In this document: in pieces, positions 16,891-25,094 of the stretch
Position numbering within the stretch: position 1 is the first letter of the stretch
How the letters are laid out: the number at the start of each line of letters is the position of its first letter
Source of the DNA: an uncultured bacterium
GTDB lineage: Bacteria > Pseudomonadota > Gammaproteobacteria > Burkholderiales > SG8-39
Direction: 5' to 3'
DNA: 64,000 nt
NCBI GenBank assembly: GCA_965233185.1
Contig: CBDDSA010000092.1
Location: forward strand, 1,270 to 65,269
The notes under the pieces: generated by a model
Seen by the model: the letters and a program-made list of their open reading frames with translations, nothing else
Database searches by the model: none
Told to the model about the DNA's origin: nothing
Made by a program: the position numbers and the translations under genes

Positions 16891-17876
16891 GCGGGCGGAC
16901 GCGGCGCGGGGATGGCGAGCTGATAGAAGTGCAGCGCCGCGAGCTTGGATGTGACCACATCGGGCGTACCGCGCGTATCGAAAGAGCCGGTCTTCGCCGA
17001 CACGGGAAATTGCTGCGCGTCAGCCAGGCGCGCGTCGAAGAAGGTGCCCGAGCCGTGCTGCTGCGTCACCGCGACATAGGCGTTCCAGTACGGCACCGAC
17101 CCCGAGCCGGTCCAGGTGTGCAGGTTCACCCCGGCCAGGCCAAAGGCGGGCGGAATCAGCGTGCCTGCCTGGCCTCCATCCGGCCGGAAAGCCTTGCCGT
17201 CCTTGTCCAGCCAGGCGTCGTAGCGGCCCGGGCCCCAGCTCGCCAGCACTTTCCTCACCGTCGCCTCGTCGACCCCCAGCGCATCGGTGAACGGCTTGAG
17301 GTTCGGCGCGAGCGAGACGATGACGCCGACATTCAGATCGCGGTTGGCCCAGCCGTCCAGGCGCTTGCCTATGCCGGGCGCGAACGAGTCGTCCACGTTC
17401 GAATGGCACAGGGCGCATTGGGTGCCCAAAGACTTGATCCGGCCTGCCTCGTCGAACCGTCCCGTCAGTCCCACCACGGCGTTGAGCCTGAGCAGGGCGA
17501 GCGTCGTCGCCGGGTCGTCGAGATCCACTTTGCCGGCGCGGATGCGTGCTTTCAGCTCGGCCGGAAGCGCCTCCGCATCCACCTTGAGGCCGACCGCCAG
17601 CGCGGTCTTCGGGCTGACTCCCGCACCGACGCCGCCGTTTTGCGCACCGGCGATGGCCTTGTGCAACTGCAAGGCATCGCCGAAAAAGGCTTCCGAGCCA
17701 TAGGTGTCGAAGCGGAAGATGTTTCTGCCCGCCTCGAGCAGCCGCTGCGCATGGCCGTTGATCTGCCGATCGTTTTTCGACAGCTCCTTCTTGTCCGTGG
17801 CGCCGACCACGCCCAGCATGGCAAGCACGACCAGTGATGCTGCGCCCGCACCCGCGGCGACCGCTCCAACTTTCAT
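16782..17876 (-). CDS. cytochrome c peroxidase-like periplasmic haem protein, apparently 3'-truncated
   Basis: AAGGGAGG Shine-Dalgarno before ATG 17876, a signal peptide and a single CALCH haem motif. Homology-like sequence ends near LHFYQLAIPAPRPP (about 16895). The remaining tail is the off-frame Fe-S remnant. Confidence 0.6.
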   Translation of the reverse strand: MKVGAVAAGAGAASLVVLAMLGVVGATDKKELSKNDRQINGHAQRLLEAGRNIFRFDTYGSEAFFGDALQLHKAIAGAQNGGVGAGVSPKTALAVGLKVDAEALPAELKARIRAGKVDLDDPATTLALLRLNAVVGLTGRFDEAGRIKSLGTQCALCHSNVDDSFAPGIGKRLDGWANRDLNVGVIVSLAPNLKPFTDALGVDEATVRKVLASWGPGRYDAWLDKDGKAFRPDGGQAGTLIPPAFGLAGVNLHTWTGSGSVPYWNAYVAVTQQHGSGTFFDARLADAQQFPVSAKTGSFDTRGTPDVVTSKLAALHFYQLAIPAPRPPATPSSRNTAATAWPRASCRRAPRCAPPRRCWAVTAT

Positions 17877-17890
17877 ATGAACCTCCCTTT

Positions 17891-18583
17891 CTAGTAACCG
17901 TAGAACTGTTCGCTGCGCACGTCGTGGTCGCCGACGCCTGCGCCGCGCAGAAGGGTCTTCATCGCGCCCACCATGCCGGGGGGACCGGCGAGGTAGTAAA
18001 GCGGCGCGGCTGCGTCGGCGACGAAGCACTTCACCGTCTGCGCATCGACGAAGCCGTCGGCGTCGGTCATCCTGGCCAGCAGGCGGAAGCTGCCGTTTTG
18101 CTGCGCCAGGCGCTGCAGCTCGGCGAGGAATGCCGCATCCTGCGGCCGGCGGTTGGAGTAGAGCAGGTACAAGGGCCGGGCGAGCCCGTCATGCGCGGCC
18201 TGCCGCAGCATGCTCAGGAAAGGCGTGATGCCGATGCCGCCGGCGATGAATACCGCGGCCCGGGAAGCCTCCTCGTGCAGCGTCATCAGGCCGCGCGGCC
18301 CCTTGAGCCGGATGCGGGAACCGGCGGGCAGCGCCTTCAGCGCGCGCTTGAACGCGCTGCCTTCGCGCATGCGCGTGGCGATGAGGAGCTCGCCCTCGCA
18401 AGGGGCGCCCGCCAGCGAGAAGATGCGCTGCGCGCTGTTCGGCTCGGGCGGCGGCTCGAGCAGGGAAAGGGTCACCGATTGCCCGGCCTTGAAGTCGAAG
18501 CCCGCCGGCCTGGACAGGTGGAACGCCAGGGTGCCCGCGGCGACCTCTTCGGCGCCCCGGACGAGGACCTCGTGCGAGGTCAA
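17891..18583 (-). CDS. FNR-family FAD/NAD(P)-binding oxidoreductase
   Basis: 230-aa ORF with RIFSLAG (FAD site) and FIAGGIGITPF (NAD(P) site). Confidence 0.8.
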   Translation of the reverse strand: MTSHEVLVRGAEEVAAGTLAFHLSRPAGFDFKAGQSVTLSLLEPPPEPNSAQRIFSLAGAPCEGELLIATRMREGSAFKRALKALPAGSRIRLKGPRGLMTLHEEASRAAVFIAGGIGITPFLSMLRQAAHDGLARPLYLLYSNRRPQDAAFLAELQRLAQQNGSFRLLARMTDADGFVDAQTVKCFVADAAAPLYYLAGPPGMVGAMKTLLRGAGVGDHDVRSEQFYGY

Positions 18584-18825
18584 AACGAGCGGATGCCGGG
18601 AAGCGCTTCCTTCAGCTCGTGGCGCTTTCCTTCTTCGTCATACCAGTAAAGCTTGCCGGGCTCCTCGCCGGCCGTGAGCTCATGGGAGCTGTCGCAGAAC
18701 GGCTGGTTCTCCGACAGCCCGCACTTGCACAGCCACTGCTCCTTGCCGTCGATATTGAAGGGGTGGGTTCGGTTGCGGTGCGCTTTACGATGCGTGCCAT
18801 GCCTGGCTCCTTGGAGGTTAGGCAT
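18580..18825 (-). CDS. CDGSH iron-sulfur domain protein (probable true start 18800, with a one-base frameshift)
   Basis: CKCGLSENQPFCDSSH motif. The ORF-track ATG 18825 lacks a Shine-Dalgarno and lies inside lysR. ATG 18800 has AAGGAG 6 nt upstream and reads MARIVKRTATEP, but it is out of frame at the G4 run 18760-18763. Confidence 0.7.
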   Translation of the reverse strand: MPNLQGARHGTHRKAHRNRTHPFNIDGKEQWLCKCGLSENQPFCDSSHELTAGEEPGKLYWYDEEGKRHELKEALPGIRSF

Positions 18826-19714
18826 TGGATGACGCGCGCCGCCGCCGCGTTCCGGAAGATGACTTCTTCACCGCGGCGGCCACGTGCCGCAGCCCGGCGA
18901 GCGCAGGCGTGATGATTTTCGGGTCCGCGCTTTCCGGATAGACCGCGTAGGCGGGAAACAGGAACTCGGGCGCGCCGCGGACGAGCTTCAGGCGGCCGCT
19001 GCGCAGGTGCGGCCCGACCGCCTGCGCGCGGAAGTAGCCCGAGCCCCCTGCCCGCAGGATGAACTGCAGCGCGAGCGGCCCCAGGTCGACGTAGGTGCCG
19101 GCATTGGAGAGCTGCGGATACGTGAGGTTGTGGTGCGCGGCGAAGTCCGGCCCCCAGTCGACGTAGACGTAGTCCTCGGGGTGCGGCGTGGCCGCCTTGC
19201 GCCGCGCGGTGGTCACCAGCACCAGCTTTTCCTTCATCAGCAGCTCGATCTTCAGGCCGGGACGGTATTGCGGCGCGTACATGACCGCGATGTCGATGAC
19301 GCCCTCGGCGACCTGGCTCATCAGCTCCTGCGGCAGGCGCACCTGCGCGCGCACCGCGAGCTGGGTGGCGCTGCGGCGCATCCACACCAGCCAGTCCAGC
19401 AGGAACGGATTCCACAGGCTGAGCTCGCCGCCGACCGACACCACGGCGCGCAGGCCGGGCGGCACCGCCACCTGGTGGCGCGCGCGCTCCCACATCTGCA
19501 CCAGCAGCGGCGCGTAGCGCATGAACTGCTCCCCCGCGGGGGTAAGCGAGGCGCCCGCCTTGTTGCGCACGAAGAGCTTCGCGCCCAGCAGCTCTTCGAG
19601 GGTCTGCACGCGCACGCTCACCGCCGTCTGCGTGACGTGCAGGCGCTCGGCCGCGCGCACGAAGTTGCCGCTGTGCACGATCTCGAGGAAGGTCCGCGCC
19701 AGTGCGATGTCCAT
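18818..19714 (-). CDS. LysR-family transcriptional regulator
   Basis: N-terminal HTH (MDIALARTFLEIVHSGNFVRAAERLHVTQTAVSVRVQTLE). ATG 19714 is preferred over the ORF-track TTG at 19720. Confidence 0.85.
   Translation of the reverse strand: MDIALARTFLEIVHSGNFVRAAERLHVTQTAVSVRVQTLEELLGAKLFVRNKAGASLTPAGEQFMRYAPLLVQMWERARHQVAVPPGLRAVVSVGGELSLWNPFLLDWLVWMRRSATQLAVRAQVRLPQELMSQVAEGVIDIAVMYAPQYRPGLKIELLMKEKLVLVTTARRKAATPHPEDYVYVDWGPDFAAHHNLTYPQLSNAGTYVDLGPLALQFILRAGGSGYFRAQAVGPHLRSGRLKLVRGAPEFLFPAYAVYPESADPKIITPALAGLRHVAAAVKKSSSGTRRRRASSNA
18824..18853 (-). promoter_or_regulatory. putative ECF-sigma promoter GGAAC-N17-CATCCAAT driving the CDGSH operon
   Basis: The minus strand reads cGGAACgcggcggcggcgcgcgtCATCCAATgc. 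The same motif occurs at 27035-27064 and 27744-27774. Confidence 0.55.
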
Positions 19715-19732
19715 TCCCAAGTATGCGCAAAG

Positions 19733-19770
19733 CTGGATTGAAAGGCCAATAAGTTTCGTTTTACTTGATC
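19733..19770 (+). promoter_or_regulatory. 38-bp AT-rich module shared with 13181..13218, containing an AAGT-N8-ACTT dyad
   Basis: Lies in the 80-bp divergent region between lysR (ATG 19714) and the DUF488 gene (ATG 19795). 32 of 38 positions match 13181..13218. Confidence 0.45.
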
Positions 19771-19794
19771 ATGAAACCGGCCGAACATGCCTGC

Positions 19795-20163
19795 ATGAGA
19801 CGCAGGCGCATCAGGCTGAAGCGGGTCTACGACAGGCCCAGCCCCGACGACGGGCTGCGCGTGCTGGTCGACCGCCTGTGGCCGCGCGGCCTCAGCCGCC
19901 GCTCGGCGTGCGCCGACCTGTGGCTGAGGGACGCCGCGCCGAGCGCCGCGCTGCGCCGCTGGTTCGGCCACGATCCGCGCCGCTGGAAAGCCTTCCGCCG
20001 CAAGTACCGCGCGGAGCTCGCGCGGCGGCCCGACATCCTGCGGCTGCTCGAAGACCTGCGGCGGCGCACGCCGCTCACCCTGCTCTTCGGCGCGCGCGAC
20101 CCGGCGCACAACAACGCCGTCGCATTGCTGGAGCTTTTGGACAAGCCAGGAGATAGACCATGA
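19795..20163 (+). CDS. DUF488-family protein (YeaO-like)
   Basis: Frame of ORF 19765..20163. Contains RIRLKRVYDRPSPDDGLRVLVDRLWPRGLS. The start at ATG 19795 is inferred from family N-termini. Confidence 0.7.
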   Translation: MRRRRIRLKRVYDRPSPDDGLRVLVDRLWPRGLSRRSACADLWLRDAAPSAALRRWFGHDPRRWKAFRRKYRAELARRPDILRLLEDLRRRTPLTLLFGARDPAHNNAVALLELLDKPGDRP

Positions 20164-20858
20164 AAGCCAAGGACATCATGACCACGCCGGTCATCAGCGT
20201 GACGCCCGACACCACGGTGAGCGAGATCGCCGTCTTGCTGTTCGAGCGGCGCATCAGCGCCGTGCCGGTGGTCAAGGACGGCCGCCTGGTCGGCATCGTG
20301 AGCGAAGCCGACCTGCTGCATCGCCACGAGCTGGGCACCGATTGCATCGCGCAGTCGGGCTCGTGGTGGCTGCGCCTGTTCAGCGCCGACCGCTCCATCG
20401 AGGAATACATCAAGTCGCACGCGCGCCGGGCGCGCGACATCATGACGCGCGAGGTGGCGACGGTCGCGCCCGAGACGCCGGTGACCGAGGTCGCCACCGT
20501 GCTCGAGCGCCGCGGGGTCAAGCGCGTTCCGGTCGTGGAGGCCGGGCGGCTGGCCGGCATTGTCAGCCGGGCAAACCTGGTGCAGGCGCTGGCCCGCACG
20601 CCGCAACCCGCGGTCCGTGCAACGCGCCCCAGCGACGAGGCGATCCGCGCCCAGCTGCTGGCGGAGCTCGAGCGCCAGCCGTGGTGGCGGCGCGGGATGT
20701 CGAGCGTCTATGTCAGCGAGGGCGTGGTCATGTTCTCGGGCGCCATCGGCGAGGAGGAAGAGCGTCACGCGGCGCGGGTTGCCGCCGAGAACATCGCCGG
20801 CGTGCGGCGGATCGAACACAGCCGCCACATGTACCGCGACATGCCCTCGATGGTATGA
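20160..20858 (+). CDS. CBS-pair plus BON domain protein
   Basis: 232-aa ORF with two CBS repeats (IMTTPVISV..., IMTREVATV...) and a C-terminal BON-like segment. Confidence 0.75.
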   Translation: MKAKDIMTTPVISVTPDTTVSEIAVLLFERRISAVPVVKDGRLVGIVSEADLLHRHELGTDCIAQSGSWWLRLFSADRSIEEYIKSHARRARDIMTREVATVAPETPVTEVATVLERRGVKRVPVVEAGRLAGIVSRANLVQALARTPQPAVRATRPSDEAIRAQLLAELERQPWWRRGMSSVYVSEGVVMFSGAIGEEEERHAARVAAENIAGVRRIEHSRHMYRDMPSMV

Positions 20859-21343
20859 ATCCCGAGGCCTTCGCGCGGCTCATGCGGCGCCACAACCGGA
20901 CGCTGTTCCGCACCGCGCGCGCCATCCTGCGCGACGGCGCCGCGGCGGAGGACGCGCTGCAGGAAGCGTGGCTGCGCGCCTACCATGCGATCGATACGTT
21001 TCGCGGCGAGGCAAAGCTCGGTACCTGGCTGGTGCGCATCGTCGTCAACGAGGCGCTGGCACGCCGCCGGAAGGACCAGCGCCATGTCCCGGTCGTGCAG
21101 GAAACCGAGCAAGCCATCCTCAAGCAGGACGAGCCCGAAGGCCTGGCGCAGCGCAGCGAGCTGCGGCGCCGGCTGGAAGCGAAGATTCGCCTCCTGCCGG
21201 ATCCCTTCCGTGCGGTGTTCATGCTGCGCGCAGTGGAAGAGCTTTCGGTCCACGAGACCGCGGCCGCATTGCATATCCCTGAGTCGACGGTCCGAACCCG
21301 GTTTTTCCGCGCGCGCAGAGAGCTGCGCGCGCGGCTCTCCTGA
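20855..21343 (+). CDS. ECF-type RNA polymerase sigma-70 factor (short paralogue)
   Basis: ATGA overlap with the CBS gene. 162 codons. Sigma2 region DALQEAWLRAYHAIDTFRGEAKLGTWLVRIVVNEA and sigma4 region LSVHETAAALHIPESTVRTRFFRARREL. Confidence 0.85.
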   Translation: MNPEAFARLMRRHNRTLFRTARAILRDGAAAEDALQEAWLRAYHAIDTFRGEAKLGTWLVRIVVNEALARRRKDQRHVPVVQETEQAILKQDEPEGLAQRSELRRRLEAKIRLLPDPFRAVFMLRAVEELSVHETAAALHIPESTVRTRFFRARRELRARLS

Positions 21344-21354
21344 GAAAGCCTCCC

Positions 21355-21525
21355 ATGCCTTACTTCCTCGCCGCCATCCTTTCCCTGACGATGCTCACCG
21401 CTTGCAGTGAAAAACCGCCGCGGCTCGATCCCGAAAAGGTGCAGGCCTACAACGTAGAAAACGGGCCTGGCCGCCTTGTGGAGCGCACGCTGAACCAAGG
21501 CGAGTCGGAGCGGATAAGCCATTGA
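21355..21525 (+). CDS. 56-aa putative lipoprotein
   Basis: Not in the ORF track because it is under 60 aa. Product MPYFLAAILSLTMLTACSEKPP... has lipobox LTAC. The Shine-Dalgarno is weak. Confidence 0.35.
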   Translation: MPYFLAAILSLTMLTACSEKPPRLDPEKVQAYNVENGPGRLVERTLNQGESERISH

Positions 21526-21571
21526 TGCCCTGAAGGGGAGCGCAACTTGCTGGTAGCGGGGCTCTGGAAGC

Positions 21572-22090
21572 ATGCCCCCGACCGTCTGGACCCTCGGCCA
21601 TTCCACGCGCCCCATGGATGGCTTCCTCGACCTGCTCGCCGGCTACCGGCTGGAGGCGCTCGCCGATGTCCGGCGCTTCCCCGGCTCGCGGCGCCAGCCG
21701 CAGTTCGCCCAGGCGGCGCTGCGGGAATCGCTTGCCGGGCGCGGCATCGCGTATCGCTGGCTGCCGGCGCTGGGCGGCCGGCGCCGGCCGCGCCCGGATT
21801 CCCCGAACAGCGCCTGGCGAAACGCCTCGTTTCGCGGCTACGCCGATCACATCGGCACGGCTGAATTTTCCGGCGGACTGGACGAGCTGCTTGCACTCGC
21901 GGAGCAGCAGCGCACCGTGCTGACGTGCGCGGAAGCCGTGTGGTGGCGCTGCCACCGCGCGCTCATCGCGGATGTGCTTTGCGTCCGCGGGATCGAAGTG
22001 CTGCACATCCTCGACGCACGGCATTGCACCGTGCATCCCTACACCTCGGCTGCAAAGATCGTCGAAGGCCGGCTCAGCTATGCGCGATAG
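21572..22090 (+). CDS. DUF488-family protein
   Basis: 172-aa ORF containing VWTLGHSTRP, LADVRRFPGSRR and CAEAVWWRCHR. Confidence 0.75.
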   Translation: MPPTVWTLGHSTRPMDGFLDLLAGYRLEALADVRRFPGSRRQPQFAQAALRESLAGRGIAYRWLPALGGRRRPRPDSPNSAWRNASFRGYADHIGTAEFSGGLDELLALAEQQRTVLTCAEAVWWRCHRALIADVLCVRGIEVLHILDARHCTVHPYTSAAKIVEGRLSYAR

Positions 22091-23226
22091 GCGGCAGCGC
22101 ACCCGGCTGCTCGACTACCTGCTGGATCAGCCCATGCCGCTGGCCGGCACGCTGGCCGTCCTGGTCGCGGTGCTCGAAGCGGCGGTCGACTGGACGACCT
22201 GGGTGGAGCTCGACGTATCCGCGGTCTACGGCATCCCGCTGGTGCTCGCCGCCGTGGCGCGTAACCGGCGCCTCGTCTGGATCCTGACCGCCTGCCTGGT
22301 ATTCATGACCTTTGCGGCTTATGCCGCGCAAATCGGCCCGGATGTGTTTTCCGTGGACGAGCCGTACTTCGTCAACCGCGTAATGTCCGCCGCCGCGCTG
22401 ACCCTTAGCGCCGGCCTGTGCCATGTGTGGATCGTGGCCGCCAACCGGCTTGCTGCGCAACGACGCTCGCTCATCGAGCAGAACCAGGAGCTCGACCGCC
22501 TGCGCCGCGCCGCCGAGGAGGCGAGCGGCCGCAAGACGCAGCTGCTGGCGTCGGTGTCGCACGATATTCGCACGCCCCTGACCACCATCGATCTGATCGC
22601 GGATCTCGTCCCTGCATAGCGCCGGCGACCCGGCGCTCGCCGCGAAAGTGCCGGAGCTGGTGCAGCGACTGCGGCGCAACACGAGCTCGCTTGCCGACCT
22701 GGTTTCGGCGCTCGTGGACATCTCTTCCCTGGACGCCGGCCGCATCGGCGTTCGCAGCGGCGAATTTTCTCTGAATGAATTGCTGGTGGAGGAACGCGAG
22801 CGCCTCATGCCGCTTGCCCAGGCAAAGGGACTGCGGCTCACCACGAAGGCGCCCGACCCGCCGGTGCGGCTGCTGACCGACCGGGTGAAGCTCACCCGGG
22901 TCCTGAGCAATCTGGTCGGCAACGCGATCAAGTTCACGGCGCGCGGAGGAGTGAGCGTGAGCGCCACCGTAACGGCCGAGCGCTCGCTCCTGATACAGGT
23001 AAGCGACACCGGCGTCGGCATGGCCGGCGAGAGCTTGGAGCGGATCTTCGACGAGTACGGAAAGCTCGGCAGCTCCCAGCGCGACGCCAGCACAGGCTGG
23101 GGGTTGGGTCTCGCCATCTCGCGCCGCCTGGTCGGCGTCATGGGCGGCAGCATCACGGTCGAGAGCGAGCCGGGGCGCGGGACCGTCTTCAGCGTGCATC
23201 TGCCCGCGGCTTGCGTGGTGAAGTGA
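22080..23226 (+). pseudogene. membrane histidine kinase, interrupted by a single-base frameshift
   Basis: The N-part (TM helices, coiled coil and H-box SVSHDIRTPL) stops at 22619. The DHp/HATPase part (NLVGNAIKFT, DTGVGM, GWGLGLAISR) continues in the +1 frame. Removing one C from the CCC run at 22610-22612 restores the frame. Confidence 0.75.
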
Positions 23227-23247
23227 GCCGCCCGTCTCGGGACGGCG

Positions 23248-24318
23248 CTAGCCGCCGCTGCGGGCGGACAGCTCGTGCACGATTACGCCTTCCATACGAT
23301 CGACCGGCGCCTGCCAGGGCGCGCGCTCGAGCATGCGCCGCGTATCCGCCAGGCCCGCCTCGCATCGAAAGCGAATGCCTGCGGCACTGAAGTCGAGGTC
23401 CTTCCAGTAGTCCTCGCCCTCGAGCGCCGGCGCGAGCAGGCGCACCACGTGCATCGTGGTGCCGCAGCCCCACGAGGCGAGCTCGCGGCACTTCGGCGCA
23501 TTTCGTTTCTCGGGGGGAAGCTGCTTTGCGAGCTCGCGGATCACATGCCGCAGGCGGTGGATCTGCTTCTGGCGCGCGATGTGGCTGTCGTCGCGGCTGG
23601 CATAGCGGATATCCTTCTCGCGCGCCAGGACCTGCCAGATGGATTCGGGCTCGTGGCCGGTAGGCTGCCACACGTTCACGCCGAAAATCACCGAATCGCG
23701 TCGCGGATTGTCGTCGAGCACCGTCTCCAGCGGCGTGTTCGAGTAAAGGCCCCCGTCCCAGAACGCTTCGCCGTCGACCCGGATCGCCGGAAAGCCGGGA
23801 GGCAAAGCCGCCGAGGCCATTACCTCGTCAAGGCCGAGGGCCGCCTTGCGGCTGTCGAAGTAGCGCATTTCGCCGCTCTTGACGCTTACCGCGCCGACCG
23901 TCAGACGCGGATGCGCCGCGTGCAGAACCGCCAGGTCCACGAGCGAGCCGAGCGTCTCGCGCAGCGGCTCGGTGCGGTAATAGGAGGCAACATCCACGCC
24001 GACCTTCGCCTGGATGCCTCCCCAGGCCGGAAGGCGGGGCGAGAAGAATCCCGTAATGCCGTACATCAGGGTGGAGAGGTTGGCGAAGGGTTTCTCCTGC
24101 TCGAAGCGTCGCCAGAGCTCGCGCAGCCGCGGCAGCCGATCTGCCGCCGTGTTGCCGGCGATCACTGCCGCGTTGAGCGCGCCGGTCGAGGTGCCGATCA
24201 CCCAGGCGGGCTCGATGCCCGCCTCGTGAAGCGCCTGATACACCCCGAGCTGATACGCCCCGAGCGCGCCTCCCCCCTGAAGCACCAGGACCACCTGACC
24301 TGGAAGCGCGGCACTCAC
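23248..24318 (-). CDS. patatin-like phospholipase
   Basis: GTG 24318 overlaps the bdhA stop (GTGA). Contains LQGGGALGAY oxyanion motif, GTSTGA nucleophile and DGG. Confidence 0.85.
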   Translation of the reverse strand: MSAALPGQVVLVLQGGGALGAYQLGVYQALHEAGIEPAWVIGTSTGALNAAVIAGNTAADRLPRLRELWRRFEQEKPFANLSTLMYGITGFFSPRLPAWGGIQAKVGVDVASYYRTEPLRETLGSLVDLAVLHAAHPRLTVGAVSVKSGEMRYFDSRKAALGLDEVMASAALPPGFPAIRVDGEAFWDGGLYSNTPLETVLDDNPRRDSVIFGVNVWQPTGHEPESIWQVLAREKDIRYASRDDSHIARQKQIHRLRHVIRELAKQLPPEKRNAPKCRELASWGCGTTMHVVRLLAPALEGEDYWKDLDFSAAGIRFRCEAGLADTRRMLERAPWQAPVDRMEGVIVHELSARSGG

Positions 24319-25094
24319 TGCGCCGTCCAGCCGCCATCGATGGGCAGCACCGCGCCGGTGATCGACGCCGCGTGCGCCGTGCAAAGGTAGGCCGTAAGAG
24401 CTGCGATTTCCTCTACGCCGACGAACTTCTTGGTCGGTTGCGCCGCGAGCAGCACGTCGCGCTTCACCGCCTCCTCGCACAGGCCGCGCGCCTTGGCGGT
24501 GTCGGGGATCTGCTTCTCCACCAGCGGCGTAAGCACGTAGCCCGGGCACAGTGCATTGACGGTGATGGCGTGCTCCGCGACCTCCAGGGCAACGGTCTTG
24601 GTGAAGCCTGCGATGCCGTGCTTGGCGGCGACATACGCCGACTTGTACGGGCTCGCCACCAGCGCATGCGCCGACGCAATATTGACGACCCGGCCCCAGC
24701 CCCTCGACTTCATCGCTGGCAGCGCGGCGCGCACTGTATGGAATGACGAGGACAGGTTGATCGCGATGATGGCGTCCCACTTGTCGGGCGGGAACTCATC
24801 GACCGGCGCAACATGTTGAATGCCGGCGTTGTTGACGAGCACATCGACCGCGCCGAACTGCGCGATGGCCTGCTTCACCATGGCCGCAATCTCGGCGGGC
24901 CGGGTCATGTCGGCGGGGTCGTAGCTCACGCTTACCCGATAGACAGATCTGAGCTCGCTCGAGATGCGCTCGATTTCGCCCGCGTCTCCGAAGCCGTTCA
25001 GCACGATGTTGGCGCCTTCGGCCGCCAGGCGCGTCGCGATAGCGAGCCCGATGCCTGACGTGGAGCCGGTCACCAGCGCCGTTTTGCCTTTCAT
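24315..25094 (-). CDS. bdhA: 3-hydroxybutyrate dehydrogenase (SDR)
   Basis: 259 aa. GSTSGIGLAIA, NNAGIQHVAPV, YVAAKHGIAGFTK and the ending IDGGWTAQ closely match BdhA as I recall it. Confidence 0.85.
   Translation of the reverse strand: MKGKTALVTGSTSGIGLAIATRLAAEGANIVLNGFGDAGEIERISSELRSVYRVSVSYDPADMTRPAEIAAMVKQAIAQFGAVDVLVNNAGIQHVAPVDEFPPDKWDAIIAINLSSSFHTVRAALPAMKSRGWGRVVNIASAHALVASPYKSAYVAAKHGIAGFTKTVALEVAEHAITVNALCPGYVLTPLVEKQIPDTAKARGLCEEAVKRDVLLAAQPTKKFVGVEEIAALTAYLCTAHAASITGAVLPIDGGWTAQ

Noticed and set aside
23248-24318. The patatin-like phospholipase as the effector of a phage-defence system (CBASS-like or similar).
   Set aside because: No cyclase, sensor or other defence-associated gene is adjacent. 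The gene is translationally coupled to bdhA and a DUF2231 membrane protein, which fits lipid or PHB-related metabolism better.
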